This document shows, piece by piece, positions 52,445 through 63,102 of a DNA stretch of 64,000 nt. The stretch comes from Tetramitus jugosus (taxonomy: Eukaryota > Protista > Heterolobosea). Below the pieces are notes generated by a model that was not told the DNA's origin, made no database searches, and was given only the letters and a program-made list of their open reading frames with translations. Where the stretch lies: NCBI GenBank assembly GCA_937625935.1, contig OW569359.1, positions 186,001 through 250,000 on the forward strand, read 5' to 3'. A program made the position numbers and the translations under genes. Each line of letters starts with the position of its first letter. Position 1 is the first letter of the stretch.

Positions 52445-53854
52445 TTATTGGGGTGGTTGTGGTTGTTGGTGATCATTTGCTCGTTTCCGCTTGAGTCTCT
52501 TCTTGACATTGCTATGTGCTCGACTTTTCAAGTGCTGTTGATACTCTAAATCACCATTGCACTCCCTCTTGCAGTCCTCGCAAACATATTTTCTCCACTC
52601 GTTCTTATGCTTGTTAGGGGTCACCGTAGTGGAGGAGCTGACCTGATACAGCTCTCGTGTCATTATGGGTTCTCCCTTTGAGAACTGTTTCGAGGTTAAG
52701 ATCGCATCTCGTACTTTGTCTTGTCTCGTTGAAGCATCACTCATATCGAACCGAAAGAGAATACCTTGATGAATCAGAGGTGACTGAGGTGAGGCCCAAG
52801 TGTTCCGATACCAAGATTCTTGTTTCCGCGCATAACGACGAGTAGCAGCCTGTAAACCACTTGCGCACTGCTCCAATAGTCGCTTTTCCTCCTCCGTGGT
52901 CGATTGCTCTTCTTGTGCTTCTCCCTTCATATATGTGTGCTCATACCAATATGTGACCAAAGGTTCAAACTCCTTGTAGCCAATACACTGCAAAATACCA
53001 TACTCATAACGGCGATCCACATCAAGTGCTTCAATCTGGTTTCGATATTGTACATAGAACTGTTTAAGTTCATCCAACAAGCCTCTATGAATCATATCGA
53101 GCACTCTCTGATTGATTCTCTGATCTAACTCGACTCTTGCCTCATAACTCAAATAAATAAAAAGAGAATTGGGATATCTCAGTGTTTCACTTGTTGTCTG
53201 ATTACCGTTCTTCTCCTCTTCCTGTTGCCGTTCAAATCTCATGATTGCATTTCTAATTTTTCGATGGTCGTTTGGATGTAGCTTTTGAGCAACATCAGGT
53301 AGAATCTGTTTCAACCGCTCAAACGTATAACAACAATCAACAATTGCGTTCTGCTGTTCCTTTTCTTCATTGTCAACTCTTTCTTGTTGTTCTTGTTGTT
53401 GGTGTGGTTGTCCATCACCGCTCTCCATTTTCATACACTCATAGAACAGAGCCTTGATATAATAATTGGTACCACCGACTACAATGGGAATCTTGTTGCG
53501 AGAGTGCACATCTCGAATCAATTCATCCACTCTCTTCACATAGTCATTCACTGTGTAGAGCATGGATGCTTGTAATGGTTGTTCTTGTTGCTTTGGAAAT
53601 GGATCCACAATGCTAAACATGTGATGTCGTACTTGTTTGAGCTCTTGACTTGTTGGCTTGTTTGTCGCAATGTCCAATCCCTGAAAGACTTGCATGGCAT
53701 CAGCGTTGATCACCTCGTACGAGTCCACATGTGGTGGATCACTACTGGCACATACATCCAATGCCAATTGAGACTTGCCGACAGATGTGCTGCCCAGTAT
53801 GCAAATGACTGGCTGATGATTGATCTCGTGCGTCGCCGATATTGACTCTTCCAT
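52445..53854 (-). CDS. TRIT1: tRNA dimethylallyltransferase with C-terminal zinc finger
   Basis: GSTSVGKS, INADAMQVFQGLDIATNK, VVGGTNYY, LHPNDHRKI, IGYKEF, TRRYARKQ; CEDC...HLKSRAH finger. Confidence 0.95.
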   Translation of the reverse strand: MEESISATHEINHQPVICILGSTSVGKSQLALDVCASSDPPHVDSYEVINADAMQVFQGLDIATNKPTSQELKQVRHHMFSIVDPFPKQQEQPLQASMLYTVNDYVKRVDELIRDVHSRNKIPIVVGGTNYYIKALFYECMKMESGDGQPHQQQEQQERVDNEEKEQQNAIVDCCYTFERLKQILPDVAQKLHPNDHRKIRNAIMRFERQQEEEKNGNQTTSETLRYPNSLFIYLSYEARVELDQRINQRVLDMIHRGLLDELKQFYVQYRNQIEALDVDRRYEYGILQCIGYKEFEPLVTYWYEHTYMKGEAQEEQSTTEEEKRLLEQCASGLQAATRRYARKQESWYRNTWASPQSPLIHQGILFRFDMSDASTRQDKVRDAILTSKQFSKGEPIMTRELYQVSSSTTVTPNKHKNEWRKYVCEDCKRECNGDLEYQQHLKSRAHSNVKKRLKRKRANDHQQPQPPQ

Positions 53855-54002
53855 CTCGTTGTTTTTTTGTATTTATTTTAGCGCCGAATCGTGATTTTGT
53901 TTCACACAATTTTCCCTCCACCCCAAAAGAAAACATTTTTTGCCTGTGAAACTAAACAACAACAACAACATTGCAAACACAAAAATCCACACTTGATCAG
54001 CA

Positions 54003-56625
54003 ATGGCCAATCAATCCACTCTCCCATTGGTCTATCAGAACCATTTCAAGAATGCTGCTGTATGTTGTGTAATCTTCTTCTGACACATTATTTTTGTATC
54101 ATCATCATTCATCATCATCAATAATAACATCTATCTAACATCAACATGACAACAAATGAACCACCACTTATTGATACAATGTATAGAAACAATTCGATAA
54201 CAAGGATTTCAAGAAGGCACTGAGAACAGTTGAAAAGATTCTCTCGTCCTATCCTGATCACGCTGATTCATTGGCACTCAAGGGTCTCTTGCTCAAATCA
54301 ATCAATCCACAAGACTCTGAAGGAGGTTACAGTTACATTAAACAAGCACTCAAATACTCTGATAACAAGAGCTTTATGGCATGGAACGTCTATGGAACAC
54401 TAAAGAGAGATGACAACGATTATGAAATGGCACAAAAGTGCTTTGCCAATGCATTGAAACTTGATCCATCGAATCTTGGTGTCGCATGTGATTTGGCCTA
54501 TGTTCAGGCTCAAGTCAGAGACTTCAAGGGACTGGTTCAAACGAGAAACTTGCTCCTGCAACAAAAGCCTCAATACTGGTTTTATTGGATTGGTGCAATT
54601 GTGGCAAATCACTTGGCAAAGAATTATACGGTTGCTCTGTCTTTGATTGACACTTTTTTGAAGCAGTATGATGCTGGTGTGGTCAATGGAAACAATCATG
54701 CCATGTCAAAGTATGAATTGTCAGAATTGTTGTTGTACAAGGCAATGATCATGATGGAAATCAATGATCACAAGGGTGCACTCAAATTCTTGAACATTAC
54801 TGATTCATTCATCAAAGATCGAGTGTCCTATTTGGAGTACAAGTCTGAATGCTTGGTGAAGACTGGAAAGTTGGAAGATGCTCAGAAATTGTATCGTGAA
54901 TTGTTGAATTTGAATGCCGAGAATTATGCGTACTGGGGAAAATTGCAGGAAACGCACGGATTGTCCAATTCGACTACAGCTGCTGAAGACGACGAACAAA
55001 TGGCATCCAAGTTGATTGCATTTTATGAAGAAATGAACAAGGAGTATCCGAACTCAAATGCCGCTAAGCGTATTCAATTGAACTTTATGAAGAATGAACA
55101 ATTCGAAAGCACGATTGATCAATATGTTCGCCCATTCTTGCACTCGAACGTTCCTAGTTTGTTCAGTAATTTGAAGGCTCTCTACACTGATAAGAAAAAG
55201 ATTGAAATTATTGAAAAGGTCATGACTTCTATTGTTTCCGCTTTGGAGTCCAGTGGATCATTCCCTGGCACAACTCAATTGGAGCCACCAACGACCTTGT
55301 TGTGGACCTATTTGTATTTGGCATATCACTTTGACAAGATTGGTCAGTACCCAGTTGCTTTGGACTATGTGAACAAGGCAATCGAGCACACTCCGACCGC
55401 AATTGAATTGTACATGTGTAAGGCTCGCATTTTGAAGCACTGTGGAAATTATGTTGAAGCAGCTGATCAAATGGATCTCGCTAGAACAATGGATATGGCT
55501 GATCGTTATTTGAACACAAAAGCCACCAAGTACTTGAACCGTGCCGATAAAACTGCTCAAGCAGAAGATACTCTCTATCTCTTTGCCACAGATCAGGAAG
55601 GACGATTCAATGCTGTTGATATGCAAGCCATGGGCTATGAAATTGACACTGGCTACTCCTATCTCAGACAAGAAAAGTTCGGAAAGGCACTCAGGTGGTT
55701 CTCACATGTTGTTGCACACTTTACCGAAATTAGAAATGATCAATACGATTTCCATGGTTACTGTCTGAGAAAGTACATCATGAGACCATATATTGAAACA
55801 TTGAAGTATATGGATACGCTAGAGCATCACGACTACTACTTTAGAGCTACCACTGGACTTATCAAAACATACTTGGCTCTGTATAAGCAACCTGAATTGT
55901 ATTCCACTGACGAAGGTGTGCACAAGAATGCCACTGAAGAAGAAGTTCAATCATATCTTCAAGATAAGAAGAAGTACAAGAAACCAACGAGCGAAAATCC
56001 AACACCTAACCCACAACATGATGATCCTTGTGGTAACACATTGTTGATCAAGTTGAGATCTGAAGACAACTCTCAAAATAATTTATTGAATGAGGCAGAC
56101 AAGTACATGAAGATTTTGATCGAGTACTGCTCTGATAGAATAGAAACTCATTTGCTCGCAGCTGAGCTGTACTTGACATCAGAAAGATATTTGCACACAC
56201 TCAAATCTCTAAAGGAAGCCAAGAAGATTGACGCTTTGCATCCATCATTGCACTACTACACATGCAGACTGTTCCATGAACTGGAACAGGGAAAGATTGC
56301 TGAGAGCATGACCAGATTGATCAAGATGCAACAGAATCAACTCATGCAAGACACGACTGATGTCAACACGTTCAATAATCAGTATGAAAAGAAGGATTTG
56401 AGCCAAATTTTGGCTTTTGTCAAGGTTGGATCGCAAGTACTATCAGTGACTGATCAGAATGACAACTATGCTCAGTTAATTGTCAATAGTGTCAATGCTC
56501 AGTCCAAGCTGTCTGATCTGATCGAAGCCCACAATATTCTAAAGAACGTTTTGAACAGGACAAAGGAAGCAGAGCTCTTGAAACAAAAGGCCCTCGAGAT
56601 TTATCCTTCTTGTCATCAATTCTAA
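54003..56625 (+). CDS. NAA15: NatA N-terminal acetyltransferase auxiliary subunit (2 exons)
   Basis: Exons 54003-54059 and 54187-56625; phase-0 intron 54060-54186 (GTATGT...ATAG). TPR repeats; AIEHTPTAIELY..KARILKH, ADRYLNTK, DQYDFHGYCLRK. Confidence 0.95.
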
Positions 56626-56905
56626 GAACACATGACAATAAACCAATCTCAATGCGAACACAGATTCAAGACCCTTAAAAGGTTCGTTCTATTTGTCACC
56701 AATCGTAAACCCTCCATCTGAACACCCCTCTGCGCACATTCTTTTCCGCGCAAACTTTTTATCCCTACTGAGCGACATTCCACACGCCGCGATTCCCCAT
56801 ACATCCTACAGTCAAAAAGCAACAACAACAATCTCCATCATCACCACCACCCCATACCAATCAAACAACGAAACAGTTGGATCATAACAACAAGGAAGAA
56901 GAAGA

Positions 56906-59383
56906 ATGGGATTATTGAAAAAGGGAGATCCAATGTCATGGTTCGACGCATTGCCACTCGTTCCCTATGTCAGAGAACATGGCATTCAACAATTTATCAT
57001 CATTTATAACAAGGTGAAGGGAAGAGAGAATGATGTGCTCAAATGGGGAGATGAGGTATATAATCAATAGTATAGTTGTGTATTGTGTGTGTGAATAATA
57101 ATTGAACTTGTCATTAACGTTGTCGGTTTTTTCATTCATCCACGCTCGCTCTCTCTCCTGCTGCTTCTTCCTTCTCTGTTCTTCTTCTCTCACGCGCGCA
57201 CATTCACATTCACATTCACATACACATAGATTGAATATCAAATCATCAAAAAAGACAAGTCACAACGCGTCGTCAAACTATCATTGAGAGCAAAGGAAAT
57301 TTTGGATGTTTTGATTTCACAAGAGGACCAATATTGGTCTCAAGTCAATGAGACTGCGATTACGACTAGCAGTGTTCAATCATCAACAACAACAACATCA
57401 ACCACCACCACCACCACAACAGACAATAACAATGATACTGAGACAACAACAACTCGCGTTTCACCTCCATTTGCCAGTTGGAAACCAGAGTATGGCAGAT
57501 TCATGGTCGAAGGCACTCCATTCTTTCCCTACGATGGTAAAATTACTAGCATGTTGACTGTGGAGTCCAATATGAAGAAACGGTGCGTTTTTGTGTCTCA
57601 TTCTATATACTGCTACTACTATGTCTACTAGATTTATGATTGTTATTTGTGTGGTAACTAACTGAACTGATTTCTCTTGTTGATGATGATACGATGATAA
57701 AACATACATGATTGATACTCACACAGACGAGAAATGGTGAGACAATTGTTAAAAGAAGATGAAACATTGGTCACATTGACCATGTTTCCACTGTTGGGCG
57801 CCAAAAAATCATTCACTGATCCTCATTATGATGCCAATGGCTCCGTGGCTCAATCTCTGTTCCTACCAGATGAAATTATCAATGAACATCCAAGATTTGG
57901 CACACTGACCAAGAATATTCGATTGAGACGTGGTGGAAAAGTGTGTATATTGGTCCCATTGTTTTTGGATGAGAACACGAATCGTCACATTGGTACTCAG
58001 ATCCCATGGGACAAGATGCATCCATCTCGCGAACTCAAGATTGACTATTTTATGAGTCAGTGCTCTCCTACACAGTACTTTTCACCTGGTAATGCAAACA
58101 GTTTGGGAACACTGTATCATGATTCAGGTAGTCATCATCATCATCATCATCATCATCATGTCGGTAGTCATGGTGGTAGTGTGGGCACCAATGATTCATC
58201 ACTGTCACTGGGTGTTGTTCCCAATGGTTGCTGCTCTGAAATTGCCAAACAAACACCCAGCATCTACATGGATGCCATGGGATTCGGTATGGGTTGTTGT
58301 TGCATGCAATGCACATTCCAGGCACGTGATGTCGATGAAGCCAGATCTCTCTATGATCACTTGGCAGTGCTGTGTCCAGTGTTTTTGGCATTGACTGCCG
58401 CGACACCTGTGGTCAGAGGATTGTTGGCCGATACGGATGTTCGATGGAATATTGTGAGTGCGAGTGTGGACGATAGAACACCAGATGAGAAGAAGAAGAT
58501 TGCAAAGTCTCGTTACGACAGTGTCAGTTGCTACATTCATGACAATGACGAAGCAAGAAAGTACTCTGATTTGAGTCCAGAGATGGATGATAGTGCGTAC
58601 AAGACTTTGGTTGAGAATGGTATTGATGACATGTTGGCCAAGCACATTGCTCACTTGTTCATTAGAGATCCACTGGTTATTTTCACGGATGCAAAGAGTG
58701 TGGACGATGAGAATGAGAGTGATCACTTTGAGAACATTCAGTCGACAAACTGGCAAACTGTGAGATTCAAGCCTCCTCCACCAAACAGCACCATCGGATG
58801 GAGAGTTGAATTCAGAGTCATGGAAGTGCAATTGACTGATTTTGAGAATGCTGCATTCAGTGTCTTCATTGTTTTGCTCACAAGAGTCATGCTATCGTAC
58901 AATCTAAACTTTTATATGCCATTGAGCTTGGTCGATACGAACATGGCTACTGCCCACAAGAGAGGAGCAGTCGTTAATGAACAGTTCTATTTTAGAAAGA
59001 ACATTCTGCCAACAGCAGATCAAAAGCATGAAGAAGCTCAAGTCGAACTGTTTACAATTGATGAGATTTTGAATGGTAGCAAGTCAAAGGACTTTGTTGG
59101 TTTGATTCCTCTGATGAGAAAGTTTTTGGATGAGTTGAGCACTGTCGAATTGGCAGATCGCATGAAACTAGAGAGGTACATCTCTCTTGTCAGCAAACGG
59201 GCCAGTGGTGAGCTGCAGACCAACGCTACATTTATGAGAAACTTTGTGCGAGATCATCCATCGTATAACCGTGACAGTATTGTTGATGATGAGATTACGT
59301 ATGATCTGATCAAGACAGTCGAGAAGATGTCCAAGGACGAGAATTTGAAGAATTATCCAGAGTTATTTGGTGACCTATTCTAA
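56906..59383 (+). CDS. GCLC: Glutamate-cysteine ligase catalytic subunit (3 exons)
   Basis: Exons 56906-57055 (MGLLKKGDPMSW...LKWGDE; missed by the ORF track), 57230-57582 and 57727-59383; introns 57056-57229 and 57583-57726. WKPEYGRFMVEGTP, IYMDAMGFGMGCCC, HFENIQSTNWQ, GWRVEFR. Confidence 0.96.
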
Positions 59384-59469
59384 ATAAAAGATTCTCATTT
59401 TTGAATAGAGATATTACACAATTTTTTATTTCACAATTGTATTCGTCGTGAGTGGCCCGAATCTCTCTC

Positions 59470-62400
59470 TTACCATGACAGGATGAACGCACGAGGCAAC
59501 AACCTGGTTCCAAACTTTCTAATCTCGTCCAACACAAAGATGAGCAAGGTGAATGCAATTGGAGCAAACCAGAACTTGTAAGGAATGGTTCTTGTGTCCA
59601 TCAGGTATTGTGCAACAGGGATATGCACAACCATGATAGCAAAAATGAGAGATAGGAACATGCCAACGAACAAGATTACATTTCTTGATTTCTCGCCACC
59701 GTAAGGAGGTTGTTGGAAGAAGGAAGCTCGACGTGTTCTGGTTGCCAACAAGTTTCCAAATTGAGCAAACACTAGGGCCGCAAAGAACACACACTGACCA
59801 ATATACTCTATTTCTAGTAGTTGTTTCTCAGTTTTGTTCTTGAATCCGTCCTTGTATCCTTCAAACAAGAAGATCAACTCTCTTGGCCTGAATCCAGCGA
59901 ATTGGAACATGTACCAGAACCACATTGTCATAATACACAGAACCTGAGGAATACCAATAAAGATGTATGCTTGGAACAAGAGTCTAAAGTTAACAACATG
60001 CTCACCAGTGATTGATCTTGGGGGATGGTCCATAATCTCTGGTTCTGGCTGTTCAAAGATGAGTGTCATACTGTTTGCAGTCTCGGTCAACAGAGCATGA
60101 TAAATCATGAGCATAGGACTGATCATCTTTGGAAGACCAAAGAACACATTGGCAGCAGTAGCGGCCAACTCACACATGGTTCCAGCAGGTAGCAAGTAAA
60201 TAACCACCTTCTTCAAATTTTCATAGACGAGACGACCATAATTGATACCAACAATCAGTGAAGCAAAGTTGTTATCCATCAGAACAAGATCAGCAGTGTT
60301 TCTCGCAACTTCACTTCCAGCACCCATAGCAACACCAACATCGGAAATTTTCATTGCAGGAGCATCATTTGTACCATCACCAGTCACTGCAACCACATTC
60401 TTTCTCTTTTGGAATTGTTGAACAATGGCGAGCTTGTGCTCTGGAGTAGTACGTGCAAACACTAGCTCTTGATGAGCTACAATATAATCCCAATCATTCT
60501 CAGTCAGTCCCTTGGCAATATCTGCGCCAGTAATTGCCAATGCTCTGTCCTTGATACATGGAATATTCTTCTTTCCGTGATACTTGAAATTGTAGGAGTC
60601 ACTGGGGTCAAACTTGCGACACTCGGATTTTGGACCTACAATACCAACCATTCTAGCAATAGAGACAGCAGTTGTTGGATGATCACCAGTCACCATGGAC
60701 ACTCGAATTCCAGCCTTGGCACACTCTCCAATCGCATAAGCAGCCTCTGGTCTTGGCTTATCCAACAAGGAAATCATACCAATCAAACAGAGGTCATCAG
60801 TTGGGAAATTGACGTCATCATCGATACGGAACTCGTATGAATCAGCAGGGTACTCCTTCTCATCCAAATATCTTCTGCACAGTGCCAACACACGCTCACC
60901 ACACTGTCCAAGCTCTTCCTGCTGGCGCGCCAAATCTTCCTTGATCTGCTCAGTCATTGGAACTTCCTTGCCGTCCATCAACATCACAGTAGAGCATCTA
61001 GCAGCCATAATTTCAGCGGCACCCTTCACGAGAAGCAATGGTCTATTGTCACCCATGTCACTGGGTTGTCTCAACAAAGTGAGCATATACTTGTTCTTGG
61101 AATTGAAGGGCAATAGAGCCAAAGTCTTATACTCTCTTCTCATTTCTGAAACGGAGTGGTAATCCTCAGCAAAACGCAACATGGCAGTATCAGAGGCATC
61201 ACCCATGACAGGCCTTTCGGCAATAGGCAACGACTCATCTACTGGCTCCTGGAACACAGCACGATTACACAGTGAACACACACGAATCAACTCAGTGATC
61301 AGAGTGTTGCCTCTATTGTGTAGATCCAATAATTCTCTACCAACAGATTTCAATCGCTGACCAATGTACAAATGCATGACAGACATGCGATTCTGAGTCA
61401 AAGTTCCCGTCTTATCACTACAAATCACATTGACACAACCCAGTGTCTCCACTGTCATGAGCGATTTGACAATAACTTTTTGTTGACCCATTTTACGAGC
61501 AATCATGGTCAATGTCAGAATCACACACAATGGCAAAGATTCAGGAACAAAGGCAACGGATGCAGCCAGTGCAGTACTGATAATCTCTGACGTGTTCATA
61601 AACTTTGGATGCTTCTTCTTGAGATAGACACCCCAGATGAGAACAAACAAGCAGCCAGTCATGACAGCCAACGCAGCTACTGCAAACACAAAACGAGTAA
61701 TCTCCTTGTGCAGTGCAGAAGAAGAATTGGCCTGCTTGGACTGAGAGGCATCCTCTGTAATGTGACCCATCACGGTTCGATTTCCCGTGTTGACCACAAC
61801 TCCAACACCAATGCCCTCCACACTACTCGTACCCATAAATGCCACATTCTTCGCCTCCATCACATTGTCCGAATTGGCTTGGTGATGAGACATCTTGTCC
61901 TGCTTCTTGACCGAACATGACACTGGTTCACTCTCACCAGTCAACATGCTCGTGTCCAATTTGAGTCCCGTGCACTCAATCAGTCTCAAATCTGCAGGCA
62001 CCACATCACCCATCTCCAAATGCACCACATCACCTACAACGAGATCCTTGACTGGTATTTGAGCCAAATGACCACCATCGCGCAACACTTTACAAGTCGG
62101 TGGCAACATGTTTGAAATACTCTTCATGATTCTACCACTCATAAACTCTTGAACAATCTCGAATCCCGCATTAATGAAAATGACAATAATGAGAACAATG
62201 CCTTGAACGAGATTGGTAATGTCCGGCTCAGGTTCACCCAATGGCTTATAGGCCAAAATGGACAAGATGGCAGCAGGCCACAATATCAAACAAAACCCAG
62301 TACAAAAGTGACCCAAAAACTTTAGCACCTTTTTCAAGTAGTTTCTCTTTGGAGAAATGACATTCAATCCATCTTTTTTTCTCCGACTCTTCACTTGATA

Positions 62401-62814
62401 GTCCGATAGACCCATGGAGAAATCGGCGATTTGATAATGAGATTTGACTTCATCTTCTGACATGAGATGATAGCTCTCGACAGGCACAACTGCAACCACT
62501 TTTTCACTGCCCTTCTTTTTCTCATGATGACCACCACCACTCGCAGCAGTAGCAGCAGCAGGAAGAGTGAGTTTGACAGTAGGTCTTCTGGCTCTCTTCA
62601 TTTGTTGCGCTTTTTGATGATAATCATCATCATTGTCATTGTAATCATTGTCATCATAGTTGATACTATTGTCTTTACTATTGTAGGACAAGAGTTGAAT
62701 ATTGTGGCTACTGTTGTGGTGGTTGTCATTGTTGTTGTTGTCCATGGACACATAGTCTCCATCACCACCACTATTGTCGTCATTGTCATTCAAGCTCAAC
62801 AAGGATTCATTCAT
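59470..62814 (-). CDS. P-type ATPase, type IIC (Na/K- or H/K-ATPase alpha-like)
   Basis: TGES, CSDKTGTLT, KGAAE, MVTGDH, TGDGTNDAP; about 10 transmembrane segments; TM5 YLLPAGTMCE. Confidence 0.93.
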   Translation of the reverse strand: MNESLLSLNDNDDNSGGDGDYVSMDNNNNDNHHNSSHNIQLLSYNSKDNSINYDDNDYNDNDDDYHQKAQQMKRARRPTVKLTLPAAATAASGGGHHEKKKGSEKVVAVVPVESYHLMSEDEVKSHYQIADFSMGLSDYQVKSRRKKDGLNVISPKRNYLKKVLKFLGHFCTGFCLILWPAAILSILAYKPLGEPEPDITNLVQGIVLIIVIFINAGFEIVQEFMSGRIMKSISNMLPPTCKVLRDGGHLAQIPVKDLVVGDVVHLEMGDVVPADLRLIECTGLKLDTSMLTGESEPVSCSVKKQDKMSHHQANSDNVMEAKNVAFMGTSSVEGIGVGVVVNTGNRTVMGHITEDASQSKQANSSSALHKEITRFVFAVAALAVMTGCLFVLIWGVYLKKKHPKFMNTSEIISTALAASVAFVPESLPLCVILTLTMIARKMGQQKVIVKSLMTVETLGCVNVICSDKTGTLTQNRMSVMHLYIGQRLKSVGRELLDLHNRGNTLITELIRVCSLCNRAVFQEPVDESLPIAERPVMGDASDTAMLRFAEDYHSVSEMRREYKTLALLPFNSKNKYMLTLLRQPSDMGDNRPLLLVKGAAEIMAARCSTVMLMDGKEVPMTEQIKEDLARQQEELGQCGERVLALCRRYLDEKEYPADSYEFRIDDDVNFPTDDLCLIGMISLLDKPRPEAAYAIGECAKAGIRVSMVTGDHPTTAVSIARMVGIVGPKSECRKFDPSDSYNFKYHGKKNIPCIKDRALAITGADIAKGLTENDWDYIVAHQELVFARTTPEHKLAIVQQFQKRKNVVAVTGDGTNDAPAMKISDVGVAMGAGSEVARNTADLVLMDNNFASLIVGINYGRLVYENLKKVVIYLLPAGTMCELAATAANVFFGLPKMISPMLMIYHALLTETANSMTLIFEQPEPEIMDHPPRSITGEHVVNFRLLFQAYIFIGIPQVLCIMTMWFWYMFQFAGFRPRELIFLFEGYKDGFKNKTEKQLLEIEYIGQCVFFAALVFAQFGNLLATRTRRASFFQQPPYGGEKSRNVILFVGMFLSLIFAIMVVHIPVAQYLMDTRTIPYKFWFAPIAFTLLIFVLDEIRKFGTRLLPRAFILSW

Positions 62815-63102
62815 GATTTACAAGTAGTAGTGCAATGTCGTCAGAATGAACTAATAGTTGTGAAAAAACAGAAAAAAGGATGATAAAGGAAAACAGGATG
62901 CAAAGGCTATCAAACTTTCGAATTTGTTTTGTGCGGTCAGTGGGCTGTGGGTACACTGGGTGGGTGTGCGTAGTCTCCCTGCTGCCGATTCAGCGAACGC
63001 TGTCGGACACGGCAACATTCATTGAAATGGGGAAAATTCACAAACACGGAGAAATGGTGTAATTGTGCCACACAAAGTTGCGATCATCCAAACAACAAAA
63101 AC

